Assembly (NCBI GenBank): GCA_964512695.1 | Contig: CAZEJU010000001.1 | Span: 71,803-135,802 of the forward strand | Length of the DNA stretch: 64,000 bases | DNA from: an uncultured Gammaproteobacteria bacterium | Lineage (GTDB): Bacteria; Patescibacteriota; Microgenomatia; Levybacterales; UBA12049 | Direction: 5' to 3' | Shown here: positions 41,577-51,106 of the stretch, piece after piece | How the letters are laid out: every line of letters starts with the position of its first letter | Position numbering within the stretch: the stretch's first letter is position 1 | Program-made: the position numbers and the translations under genes | Notes under the pieces: model-generated | The model's input: only the letters and a program-made list of their open reading frames with translations | Told to the model about the DNA's origin: nothing | The model's database searches: none

Positions 41577-43720
41577 ACTTTAGGATATGTCTGAGCTTCA
41601 TAAGTATATCTATTATACTTGCCATTTGTTTTCTTAACACTTTGCTGCATTGTAAACTCTATTCCTAACCTTTCTTTAATTTCAACTGCTAAATATGGAT
41701 TCCACATCGCACCTGTCGCGCTCATTACAGCATCAGCTCCCGCAGTAATATATTCCGCGTAGTCATCAGGTGTGATAACACCACCGACACCGATAATTGA
41801 GAAATCCATCTGCAGCTCTTCACGTAATCGATGCAACCGTTTTACCATATCAATTCCCGCCCATTTAATAGCATGACCACAAACACCGCTATATAGTCTA
41901 CCTTTTCCCGGCAATGCTTGCTCTCCTTTTTCATCAACGATAGCAGCTTGCATTGTGTTAATAACTGATAGTCCCTGTACGAATGGTCCGACAAGTTTTA
42001 CAAGTTTTTTTAACTGCTCATCATCCTGAAAATACGCAAGTTTCAGTAATAGGGGAGTCGTACCTATTTTGTTTTTAACCGCTTCGGTAATTAATCGTGT
42101 GCGCTCTATATCGAAACAGAGTAGATGCGCTGTTCCTTCATTTGGGCAACTCAGATTTGCTTCTAAAATTTTTACACCTGTTTCTTTTACTAACTGTGCT
42201 GCTTTCACAAAATCTCGTATATATGCTTTCACGTTTCCATCTCCTTTCGTTGTTCCTTGGAAACTACCGATAACAATTTGTCCTTTCTTCGCATACGTAA
42301 CTGCATCCGCCAGGTCACTTTGCCAAAAGTCTGGTTTAAAAGAAGGCACACCAAAAGAGTTCGTAATGGATAAAGGCTGACTATACTTTACGGTAGCGAC
42401 TAACGGCTCTTTCGATTTCTCAATTGTTAAATCTCCTTCTAATTGCACACCAACTACATTTGGCCATGGATGACATGGATATTGTCTTGTCCGGACAGTT
42501 TTATAGGTAACCAAATCAAATCCCTTATCTAAAGCGGCTTTCACAAATTTTCCATTTACCAAAGGACCCGCGGGAATACCAAATGGTAAAGTAACTTTCT
42601 CACCAAGAAAATCATAGGTCTGTGCAGCTTTATCGATAGTTGTTTCGCTATTTGCAAATACACTAAATGGTCCTTTTTCACAATTTTCTTCATAAGAGAG
42701 TAGGGGATCATAGAACGGTCGATCTTCAGATAAGGAAACATCCTCGATTCCCAGAGCTTTTCTCCCGTTGGTAGTCGCGATTTTTACTAATCCATCAATA
42801 TCGTAGAATCTATTTGTTTCCATTAAGACACGAAGATCGTTCCACATATTTCCATCGTTATATGGCATAAAAATATCAGCAAGATTATCGATGCCGATTG
42901 CGATAGGGATATCGAGAGGATACATTTCATCAAGAGGGATAATCGGATTATGAATAGGAGCAAGAGTTTCACTTCTTCGAGCATTTAACCAAGACATAGG
43001 GCAAGAAACGAAAATTAATGCAGCTTTTTTAATTAATCTATATATTTGTTCACGGTAGGCTTTTGGATGAGCATTGATAGAAATTCCGTGGATACCGACA
43101 ACTTTTCCTTCCATACCATGCATAATAGTTTTTTTTGCTAGCATCTCAGTTTCTTTTTCTTCAGGAATGTTTAGCTCATCGATATGGACATGGAGCATCT
43201 TCTTTCTTTTTTTCGCAGCAGATAATAAGATGTCTAAATGTTCTTCTTCATGCCCTTCATCTGCTTTTAAAAGACCACCAATTATATCTACAAAGTCAGC
43301 TCCTATCTCAAACCATTCTCTTGTTTCTTTCGTAAGAATTCCATAGCTAGATTGGTTAATGAATTTAATAATAATTTGAGAAGAGTAATTTTCCCTAAGT
43401 TTTTGCGCAGCTTTAATCGCTTTATCTTTTACATCATAATCTACATCAATAAATGTGCATGTAGCAGATACACCTTGGCTAATTAAAAGTTCGATTGCGG
43501 CAGCCATGCGATCATAAATTTGATCGACTGTTGATGTTTTCCGGATATCAGCATTTAACTTCCATTTTTCATGTCTATATGCATTTGCAAGTTTGTATTT
43601 CTCAGGAGTAATTGTAAATGCTCGATCGAAATGTCCATGGCAATTCACCCATCCGCCATTTTCTTTTATTTTTTGTTCAATAATAACACGGAGATTGAGG
43701 TAGTCTACTTTTTTACTCAT
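41573..43720 (-). CDS. Fusion protein: amidohydrolase-superfamily domain (dihydroorotase/dihydropyrimidinase-like) + dihydroorotate dehydrogenase-like domain
   Basis: N-terminal NCHGHFDR (HxH) and MLHVHIDE metal ligands. C-terminal class-1 DHOD-like GPLVNGK, ANLSCPN (catalytic Cys) and IIGVGGV. Confidence 0.65.
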   Translation of the reverse strand: MSKKVDYLNLRVIIEQKIKENGGWVNCHGHFDRAFTITPEKYKLANAYRHEKWKLNADIRKTSTVDQIYDRMAAAIELLISQGVSATCTFIDVDYDVKDKAIKAAQKLRENYSSQIIIKFINQSSYGILTKETREWFEIGADFVDIIGGLLKADEGHEEEHLDILLSAAKKRKKMLHVHIDELNIPEEKETEMLAKKTIMHGMEGKVVGIHGISINAHPKAYREQIYRLIKKAALIFVSCPMSWLNARRSETLAPIHNPIIPLDEMYPLDIPIAIGIDNLADIFMPYNDGNMWNDLRVLMETNRFYDIDGLVKIATTNGRKALGIEDVSLSEDRPFYDPLLSYEENCEKGPFSVFANSETTIDKAAQTYDFLGEKVTLPFGIPAGPLVNGKFVKAALDKGFDLVTYKTVRTRQYPCHPWPNVVGVQLEGDLTIEKSKEPLVATVKYSQPLSITNSFGVPSFKPDFWQSDLADAVTYAKKGQIVIGSFQGTTKGDGNVKAYIRDFVKAAQLVKETGVKILEANLSCPNEGTAHLLCFDIERTRLITEAVKNKIGTTPLLLKLAYFQDDEQLKKLVKLVGPFVQGLSVINTMQAAIVDEKGEQALPGKGRLYSGVCGHAIKWAGIDMVKRLHRLREELQMDFSIIGVGGVITPDDYAEYITAGADAVMSATGAMWNPYLAVEIKERLGIEFTMQQSVKKTNGKYNRYTYEAQTYPKV

Positions 43721-44528
43721 ACGCTTCTTCTAATACTTGTACTAAACAATGTATACCGCCGCCTGCTTTTAAAAATTCACTAACATCTGCTTCAATAACT
43801 GCATAACCTAATTCTTTTAACCTGTCGTTAAATGTCGTATGGTTTTTCTGCACAACAACATGGTGATCTGTCACTAAACTATTAGCAGCAAAGCTAGTAA
43901 TTTCATCGTCGGTAAATCTTTGCAGATTTGGAATCATGTTTTTTAATATCTCTTGCGAAGCTTCTGAAAAGGCTGGAGGATAGTAGAACGCGGTATCTTT
44001 ATTAAGTGGAAAAAAAGCTAGATCAAGATGATAAAAACGGGAATCAACCAATTCAAGAGGAACAACATCAATATTTAAAGCCTGGGCTACAAGTTCTGGC
44101 GCTGTTTTAGATGAACGAAAACCAACACCTATAAAAAGAGTATCTCCCACAAATAACGATTCACCAGAACCTTCTAAAAAGCAATCCTTAGGTAAAGTTC
44201 TCAAAAAAAAATTGTTATTTTCAAACCATTTTTTATAAATTGCTGTTTCACCTTGCCGATTTGGATAACGAAAGTTACTTAGGAGAACCTTATTATTTAT
44301 AGTTATTCCTTGATCAGCGCTGAATACCATATCAGGAAAACCTTCAACTGGATCTATAGATATAACGGCAATATTCTGACGCTCTAAAGAAGCTACGAGA
44401 TTCTCCCATTGCTGGATTGCGCGGTTTCTATTAACAGAACCAGGCTTCATCCACGGGTTAATAACATAGTCGACAGAGAAGTAACGTGGATTACACATAA
44501 GAAGTTTCTTTATATATTTCGTTTTCAT
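43713..44528 (-). CDS. Amidinotransferase-superfamily enzyme (DDAH / arginine deiminase-like)
   Basis: FYHLDLAF and C-terminal GGGIHCL catalytic cysteine motif. Confidence 0.55.
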   Translation of the reverse strand: MKTKYIKKLLMCNPRYFSVDYVINPWMKPGSVNRNRAIQQWENLVASLERQNIAVISIDPVEGFPDMVFSADQGITINNKVLLSNFRYPNRQGETAIYKKWFENNNFFLRTLPKDCFLEGSGESLFVGDTLFIGVGFRSSKTAPELVAQALNIDVVPLELVDSRFYHLDLAFFPLNKDTAFYYPPAFSEASQEILKNMIPNLQRFTDDEITSFAANSLVTDHHVVVQKNHTTFNDRLKELGYAVIEADVSEFLKAGGGIHCLVQVLEEAYE

Positions 44529-44595
44529 AATTTTATTCTCCTTCTCTTCTTACAAGAAAGCATGATAATGTCAAAATGAAGAGTCTGTAGCATTT

Positions 44596-46212
44596 TTACT
44601 TCATTGCCGAGCTATGAATTTTATCTATCGTTTCTCTCGCCACACTCATACTAGTGATAAGATGAACATTCTTCGCGACAGCTTTTTGGCGGATAGTAAA
44701 TCCATCACTTTTCTCATGTTCTTTCGGTCTTCTTCCTGTAGGAATATCGATAATCAAATCAAAACGATTTGCATCTAAAAGATCTGTTAAATTTGGTTTT
44801 CTAGCCTGTGAAATTTTATATATAAGTACAGCTTCAATATTATTTGTTTTGAGGAATTTATGTGTTTTATAAGTGGCGTATAATTTATAACCATTTTCTG
44901 ATAATTTCTTTATATAAGGTAGTAATTTTATTTTGTTTTTTCTACCGCCTATTGTAACAAGAGCGGTTTTTTCACTTCTTCTCGCAAGCTTCATTTGTAA
45001 AGTATAAATTTCTATAAATCCTGCCGAGGCATTTTGATTAAATGCAGTTGAGGCCATAAATGTCGCTAGTTTCTCCTGGAAAATAGAGTTTGGTGTTTCA
45101 GTCGCCACAGGTTCTACTAGTCCTTTATATAATGTAAGTGTTACCTTACCAGTTACTTTCTTATTAACCTGATCTATATACGCATTTAAATCATTCATGA
45201 GCGGTTCATACCAGAGACCGCCGTAGCAAAGATACGCCCATTTCGTATCGACAATTGATTTGAATTCATTTTCCAAACGTGTAGACACATACTTTTCTAG
45301 ATTCCTATGTGCAGTAATTATTATTTCTGCTGCAGGAGCCTCGTATAAACCGCGGACCTTTAATCCGACAACTCGATCTTCTATATGATGAGCTAATCCA
45401 ATCCCATGCTTCGCGCCTATTTCGTTTAGTCGTAATATAATTTGCGATAATTTCATAGGCTTACCATTAAGGGCGACGGGTATACCTTTAATAAACTCCA
45501 ATTCGACTTTTTTAGGTCTATTCGGAGCATTTTCTGGAAGAGTACTTATAAGGAGAATGTTCTCTAAAGGAGGAATTAATGCAGGATTTTCTATCTCTCC
45601 ACCTTCACCAGTTACACCCCACATATTATCATCATATGAATACAGCTTGTCCGCAGTTTGACGAACTGGAATCCCATGTTTTTTTGCATAGAGAATTTCT
45701 TCATCTCTACCCATAGACCATTCGCGGACTGGAGCTATAATCTTAATATCCGGATTAAGTGTTAATGCAGTTCCTTCTATGCGTACTTGATCATTTCCTT
45801 TTCCTGTACAACCATGAGCAATGGTATCTGCGCCTTCTTGGGCTGCAATTTTTACTGCCCATTTAGCTAGAAGAGGTCTGCCAAGTGGAGTGGAAAGATA
45901 ATATCGTCCTTGATAAGAACCATTTGCTTTAATACCCTTGGCTATGTATTCATTCGCGAATTCATCTTTGGCATCAATAACATATGATTTGATAGCGCCG
46001 AGTTTTAATGCTTTGTTTTTAATTTCTTCTAAATCGTCAGTTTGCTGACCTATATCTATGCAGAGCGCGATAACTTCTGCATTATATTCCTCCTGAATCC
46101 ACTTGAGCATTACTGATGTATCAAGACCTCCAGAATAGAGGAGAACTACTTTTTTTACTTCACCCTTTTTCCCCTCGTATGATGCAACTCGTTGATAAAC
46201 GTTATCTTTCAT
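44596..46212 (-). CDS. argG: Argininosuccinate synthase fused to C-terminal MGS-like domain
   Basis: LLYSGGLDTS PP-loop and ArgG core to about residue 400. C-terminal ~140 aa with DLIIDIPTG resembles the MGS-like allosteric domain. Confidence 0.75.
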   Translation of the reverse strand: MKDNVYQRVASYEGKKGEVKKVVLLYSGGLDTSVMLKWIQEEYNAEVIALCIDIGQQTDDLEEIKNKALKLGAIKSYVIDAKDEFANEYIAKGIKANGSYQGRYYLSTPLGRPLLAKWAVKIAAQEGADTIAHGCTGKGNDQVRIEGTALTLNPDIKIIAPVREWSMGRDEEILYAKKHGIPVRQTADKLYSYDDNMWGVTGEGGEIENPALIPPLENILLISTLPENAPNRPKKVELEFIKGIPVALNGKPMKLSQIILRLNEIGAKHGIGLAHHIEDRVVGLKVRGLYEAPAAEIIITAHRNLEKYVSTRLENEFKSIVDTKWAYLCYGGLWYEPLMNDLNAYIDQVNKKVTGKVTLTLYKGLVEPVATETPNSIFQEKLATFMASTAFNQNASAGFIEIYTLQMKLARRSEKTALVTIGGRKNKIKLLPYIKKLSENGYKLYATYKTHKFLKTNNIEAVLIYKISQARKPNLTDLLDANRFDLIIDIPTGRRPKEHEKSDGFTIRQKAVAKNVHLITSMSVARETIDKIHSSAMK

Positions 46213-46217
46213 AAATC

Positions 46218-46241
46218 AAAAAAAAAGACCTTTCGGTCTTT
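46218..46241 (-). terminator. Rho-independent terminator-like hairpin (aagacc-tttc-ggtctt followed by U9 on the minus strand) immediately 5' of argG
   Basis: Plus strand reads aaaaaaaaa gacc tttc ggtc ttt. On the minus strand this is a stem-loop followed by a T9 run, 5 nt upstream of the argG ATG. Confidence 0.4.
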
Positions 46242-46382
46242 AAACTAAAAAATTAAGTAACTGATGCTTCTCAATGCATACGTTTTCTAAAAAATCTGTA
46301 AATATTTGAGAAAAATTGCTTTTTACCATTACAGTTACTGTAAAGAATTACATGATATATGTCAACTATAAAAAACTGTATC

Positions 46383-46470
46383 ACTACTAACTACTAACTA
46401 CTAACTACTAACTCATGACTCATAACAGGTAACTCGTAACTCATAATTCACAATTTGTAACTGCAAACTA
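46383..46470. repeat. Tandem heptamer array (CTAACTA)n degenerating into TAACTNN units
   Basis: ctactaactactaactactaactactaactcatgactcataacaggtaactcgtaactcataattcacaatttgtaactgc. 7-nt periodicity visible. Confidence 0.7.
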
Positions 46471-46597
46471 AGATTATAATTGACCGCCTAAAAACAATTT
46501 AGTACAATCTCATGAGATAAAGAACTAAGACAAACTATCATGCAGTTTGTTTTTTCGTTTTTTAGCCTACATGTAATTCGCACGTTAATACTGCATA

Positions 46598-46650
46598 AAA
46601 AGTCACGGCAGAGAGAGGAGAAAATGACTGTCTCTTTTGTCTGCCGTGAC
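46598..46650. repeat. GC-rich 13-bp-stem hairpin (aagtcacggcaga...tctgccgtgactt)
   Basis: Perfect 13-bp inverted repeat. Immediately precedes the RBS of the small basic ORF. Confidence 0.55.
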
Positions 46651-46710
46651 TTTATGGGATAAGTTACGGTGGCCACGGGACCAATCCCGAAATACCTCAT
46701 AGGAGAGGTT

Positions 46711-46857
46711 ATGGCTAAGAAAAAGCCAGGAGTGGTGCAACATCCTCGAAAGCGTGAACATCGAGACAAGCCCAAGCCGAAAGCGATCATGAAGAACGCG
46801 CGGAAATGGGATGCACGAGCAAAAATGTCTGCTCGAGAGAACGCACCGCCTGACTAA
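46711..46857 (+). CDS. Small highly basic protein (48 aa) of unknown function
   Basis: AGGAGAGG RBS 2 nt before ATG. Sequence MAKKKPGVVQHPRKREHRDKPKPKAIMKNARKWDARAKMSARENAPPD. About 50% GC against a ~33% background. Confidence 0.4.
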   Translation: MAKKKPGVVQHPRKREHRDKPKPKAIMKNARKWDARAKMSARENAPPD

Positions 46858-46896
46858 ACCATCACACTCTCGACTTAACCCTAAGTTTGCAGTACC

Positions 46897-46928
46897 GTGT
46901 TCGGGGGCAGCAGACATCTGTCTGCTGT
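46897..46928. repeat. GC-rich hairpin (ggggcagcagaca-tc-tgtctgctgtcccc)
   Basis: 13-bp stem with one bulged T. Follows the stop of the small basic ORF. Confidence 0.5.
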
Positions 46929-46987
46929 CCCCACAGTTGTTAATTATCCCTTTGACAATTCATCGTCATTTTCGGTAATATATCTCT

Positions 46988-47761
46988 ATGAAACAGATTC
47001 CACCATCTGTACAAACATCACTTTTAACTGTTCTTTTTACATTCTTTTTCCTCTATATTTTTGCCCGGCTCTTCGGTCCAATACCTTTCTCAGTAAACAG
47101 TATTACAACACTGAAATCTGACTTATTTACTGTAAGTGGAGAAGGGGAGGCGACTGCAGTTCCTGATACTGCAGTACTTAATTTAGGAATTACAGAAAAC
47201 GCTTCAACAGTAGAGCAAGCAAAAAATAGCGTTAATGAAAAAGCTAATCAAATAATAGAAGCATTTAAAGAACTCGGTATAGAAGAAAAGAATATTAAAA
47301 CTACAAATTATTCAGTTTACCCAAATTATGACTATACGAATGGAAAAGAGAGGATTACAGGATATAATGTTTTTCAAAACCTCGAAGTAGAAGTTTCTCC
47401 CATAGAAAAAGCAAATCAAGCTGTAGATGTAGCAACTGAAAACGGTGCGAATATGATGGGGAATATACGATTTACGCTCAATGATGAAGATAGAGAAAAA
47501 CTTGAAATGCAGGCTCGAGAGAATGCTATTAGAAAAGCTAAAAGTAAAGCTTCCTCTATCGCTAATGCTTCCGGAATCCGGCTAGGAAAACTTATTAATG
47601 TTTCAGAAGCTAATGAGCAAGTATATCCTCCGATTTTGTATGATGAAAAATCTATAGCATTACAGGAAGGTGGAAATAGAACAGAAGCTCAAACAACAGG
47701 TTTACAGCCTGGTGAAAACAGTATAAAAGTATCCGTCACCCTCTCCTACGAAACTTTATAA
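46988..47761 (+). CDS. SIMPL-domain (DUF541) protein
   Basis: N-terminal signal-anchor. Composition and length typical of SIMPL/YggE-like proteins. Confidence 0.55.
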   Translation: MKQIPPSVQTSLLTVLFTFFFLYIFARLFGPIPFSVNSITTLKSDLFTVSGEGEATAVPDTAVLNLGITENASTVEQAKNSVNEKANQIIEAFKELGIEEKNIKTTNYSVYPNYDYTNGKERITGYNVFQNLEVEVSPIEKANQAVDVATENGANMMGNIRFTLNDEDREKLEMQARENAIRKAKSKASSIANASGIRLGKLINVSEANEQVYPPILYDEKSIALQEGGNRTEAQTTGLQPGENSIKVSVTLSYETL

Positions 47762-47811
47762 TCTTTCCTGGATTAAAGTGAAATTGTAGCACGAGAATCT
47801 AAAAGATTTGG

Positions 47812-48747
47812 TTACTTATTCCCTGAATGAAAGGATTTATGGACATCACGTAATTGTTTATTCGTAACATGCGTATAGATTTGGGTAGTAGCGATATTTT
47901 TATGACCAAGCATTTCCTGAACTGAACGTAAATCCGCGCCATTACTGAGTAAATCAGTCGCAAATGAATGCCGTAAAGTATGCACAGAAGCATCTACAGG
48001 TAGGCGAGCCATCTTTACATACTTTTTAACCATACGCTCTACACTTCTCACAGTTAAACGCATCTTTTCCCCGTCATTTTCCGATTCAATTCTTCCGGAA
48101 TAACGAATAAATAATGGCCGATATCTATCAGTTCGAACTTCCAAGTATCTCCCTAACCAGTCCACCGCCCTGTCAGATACGAATACGACACGAGCCCGTC
48201 CACCTTTTCCTATAATACCGAATTCGCCTCTATCAAAATTAATCTGGTCATGATTAAGTTTTACTAACTCTGATACGCGTAATCCTGTAGAGAAGAGTAG
48301 TTCTAAGATCGCACGATCCCGGAGGCCGTCTTCTTTCGATGTGTCTGGCATAGTAACCAGTTTTTCTACTTGTTCACGATCAAGAAACTTAAGTGACTTA
48401 CTTTCCGCTTTAGGAAGTTCAAGCTTAGCAGGTTCGACGGTTTTAAAGTCATTTTTAATAAGATACTTTAAAAATGATCTAAGGGCTATAACATAATAGT
48501 TTTGTGTGACACGCTTAATTGTCCGGCCTTTATCGTCAGTTTTATTTACCAAGTAAATTCTGTAGCGACGGATGATTTGTAAATCCAAATCTTCAAACTT
48601 CTTTTCAGGATAATTCTTTTTTAACCACTCAGAAAAAGTCCCAAGATATAACTTATAATTACGAATTGTTAGCTTCGAACAATTCCTTTCAACTTCTAAG
48701 TATTCCAAGAAATCCTGGATTAGTTCTGGAAGGCGGGGAGCAGACAT
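47812..48747 (-). CDS. xerD: Tyrosine site-specific recombinase XerC/XerD family
   Basis: LRDRAILELLFSTGLRVSEL, GKGGRARVV, HTLRHSFATDLLSNGADLRSVQEMLGHKNIATTQIYTHV (R-H-R-Y catalytic set). Confidence 0.85.
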   Translation of the reverse strand: MSAPRLPELIQDFLEYLEVERNCSKLTIRNYKLYLGTFSEWLKKNYPEKKFEDLDLQIIRRYRIYLVNKTDDKGRTIKRVTQNYYVIALRSFLKYLIKNDFKTVEPAKLELPKAESKSLKFLDREQVEKLVTMPDTSKEDGLRDRAILELLFSTGLRVSELVKLNHDQINFDRGEFGIIGKGGRARVVFVSDRAVDWLGRYLEVRTDRYRPLFIRYSGRIESENDGEKMRLTVRSVERMVKKYVKMARLPVDASVHTLRHSFATDLLSNGADLRSVQEMLGHKNIATTQIYTHVTNKQLRDVHKSFHSGNK

Positions 48748-48805
48748 AGTATCTACTGTACAAAAAACATAGGATAATGTCAACTATTGTGCGACGCGGG
48801 ATTGT

Positions 48806-49339
48806 TTATAAGGATAGTAAAGAAGATACCCAATACAATGCGATATATAACAAAATCACACTTCTAAAAAAGAGATTCCTTTTACTTTTTACTAATGACT
48901 TCCGCGAAGAATCGACAAAGGGTTGTTTGATTACATACCATCCAAATAATAAAAATGAGAGTACTACAAGTACCCTAAGTGCTGTAGTACTGATATGTAC
49001 AACTTTATAAAATATATAAAAAAACTCGTTGTAATTTCTTTGAAACGGTAGGACCCGCCAAGGTAATAAAAAATCAAAATTACTCATGAAAATTTCAAAA
49101 GCCATACATCCCGCAGCAAAACTTATTAAGATTCTGTAGATGAGTTTATATTTGGTAAAAATAAAAAAAAGTAACGTCCCGAGAAAAATCCCCGCTACTA
49201 TACTGGTAAGAGCTTCTAGTGTAAAAATATTGAAAGTACGATAGTACCCGCAAATCGGCATTCCATAGTACCTATACCCTTCGGGTGGTACATAATCGAT
49301 ATACGGCGTACACGCATATGCTTTCGGAATAAGTTCCAT
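48806..49339 (-). CDS. Hypothetical polytopic membrane protein
   Basis: Four predicted TM helices. No recognisable motif. Confidence 0.3.
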   Translation of the reverse strand: MELIPKAYACTPYIDYVPPEGYRYYGMPICGYYRTFNIFTLEALTSIVAGIFLGTLLFFIFTKYKLIYRILISFAAGCMAFEIFMSNFDFLLPWRVLPFQRNYNEFFYIFYKVVHISTTALRVLVVLSFLLFGWYVIKQPFVDSSRKSLVKSKRNLFFRSVILLYIALYWVSSLLSL

Positions 49340-49386
49340 AGGTTAGTATGGGAACATTTTATCGATATTGTCAATGGAAGGATGTA

Positions 49387-49989
49387 TTAACACTTTCCTT
49401 GAGGAATATTAATAATAACTGTCTTATACTCTAGTGCTTTAAGAAGCGTAGTGAGCTGATTTCTTCCATTCTTAGATGCTTCCTGTAGAATGCCACCATT
49501 ACAAGCTGCTTGTTTAATAGTATCTTCTGCTACTTTACGTGCCTTCGATTCTAAGTCTTTGTTTCCTTTTGTTAATAAACCTTGTTTTCTATCATACACA
49601 CGTGTTTCTTCATTATTTAGCTTAGAAACTAATATTTCTGCCGCGGGAAGTGTTAACCGAATAGTATCGCCATCAATTTGTATTGACTTATCATCCAATA
49701 TCGAGAGATCAAAACCAGCAATAACTTCTCCATGAGCTATTAAAAGGATTTGATCTCCAAATAAAAACTCTTGGAATACATTCCCACTTGTACCCGCATC
49801 AATCACTTTTTCAATAGTAAATGAGGCTGTTTCAAGTCTCTGCAACGACTGAATCTGCTTGATAACTGTTTGTCTACTAACTTTAAAAATAGTAGGGGAG
49901 GGTGAGAAGAAAGCTTTAAGCCCTAAAATTAAAGTAATAAAAGGTATAAAAAGCAAAATTATTAATAATACCGTAAGTTGTTTCTTCAT
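49387..49989 (-). CDS. DUF4230-like membrane-anchored protein
   Basis: N-terminal TM helix and ~170-aa soluble domain. Weak family resemblance. Confidence 0.3.
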   Translation of the reverse strand: MKKQLTVLLIILLFIPFITLILGLKAFFSPSPTIFKVSRQTVIKQIQSLQRLETASFTIEKVIDAGTSGNVFQEFLFGDQILLIAHGEVIAGFDLSILDDKSIQIDGDTIRLTLPAAEILVSKLNNEETRVYDRKQGLLTKGNKDLESKARKVAEDTIKQAACNGGILQEASKNGRNQLTTLLKALEYKTVIINIPQGKC

Positions 49990-51106
49990 TTGCTCTAATT
50001 ATAAAAATATTTATTTCGTAAAACAAGTGAAAAACCGGTGGAGAAGTCTTCCGTGAAAATTAATTTTCACGAGATGTTAAAAAATCATTATATCTTAGTC
50101 ATAGCTATCTACTGGATATACTACAGAACTATGTATTTATCAAGTCAAATCATCAACTTTATAAATTCTTAGAAACAATGAGTGATTACATAGTTATCAT
50201 TTATTTCCCGAGGTGTAGATATAGTTTAACCCCCGGGGTTAGAAAGTCGATGTAAGGAATATGTAGGTTACTTATTCTAAAATCTGTCTGGAAAGGCTTT
50301 CTTTTTTTGCTTAAATTATCACATAAAAACAAGGCTAAAATGAAGGCCGTAGAATGCCCTAGAAAGGTTTTATTTTATGAAGACGGCTAATATGTCATCG
50401 ATAATTTCCATGAAAAATGTCTTCCCTAATGAAAAAAAACCGGGGAAGATACAACTGTGAAAAACCTTACAAAAATAGCCTCAAAAAAGCTGCATGAAAT
50501 CAAAGATAAACCTATAGTTAAAATTTGAATGGATTTCTACGTACACGCACTAAAAGGTAATATAGATGAGTTAGTAATCACTTATTTACGTGCATAATAA
50601 CAAAATAATACGGTATGTTTTTAAGATTAAGTAAAACCTCTTCTCCGGTTTCTGAACTTACGTAACGTCGTAAAAGTTATATTGTTCGACGTTACAGTTT
50701 AACGGGCAATCCCAAGGAGAGTAGTATGAAATGAAGACATGACAAAGTGTACTAAAGTAAAGCCGAAGATAAAGCTACTTCTCTTAAGCAAATGGACATA
50801 GTAAGCCTCCTCCCCAAGAAACACCAGAATACACTGTAGAAACCTATTTTCGTATTTTTTTCATATTTATGTGCGTATTTTCCCCACGCGGTAGGACACC
50901 TATCACTTGAAAGACACAATCGCTTAGCCTCTGTACCTGCCTTACTTTGATGTTTCTTTACGTGCCACAGTCAGCTTTGTGAAAAGTGAAGGTATATCGT
51001 GAAAAGTTTTATATAAAGGCCTATAATTTTAATATACCTTTCTATATAAAACTATATCATTTAGCCTCAGAGACTCTCCTCTCTTCCCTAGTTTCTAAAC
51101 ATTAAA

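Noticed and set aside
46488-46917. Minus-strand ORFs 46488-46790 and 46603-46917
   Set aside because: They lie in the GC-rich patch where stop codons are rare by chance. Their sequences are Cys/Arg-rich and low complexity, with no RBS. The plus-strand 48-aa ORF with a strong RBS is the better candidate.
47812-48747. Tyrosine recombinase as a phage or ICE integrase marking a mobile island
   Set aside because: Length and motifs match chromosomal XerC/XerD closely. It is 12 kb from the only tRNA, and no phage, transfer or cargo genes are adjacent. I treat it as housekeeping Xer, though the flanking direct-repeat arrays are noted.
48784-48830. Possible dif site near xer (acataggataatgtcaactattgtgcgac) and another at about 50585-50612
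   Set aside because: Neither shows the two 11-bp inverted arms around a 6-bp spacer expected for dif. The similarity to known dif consensus sequences is too weak to call.
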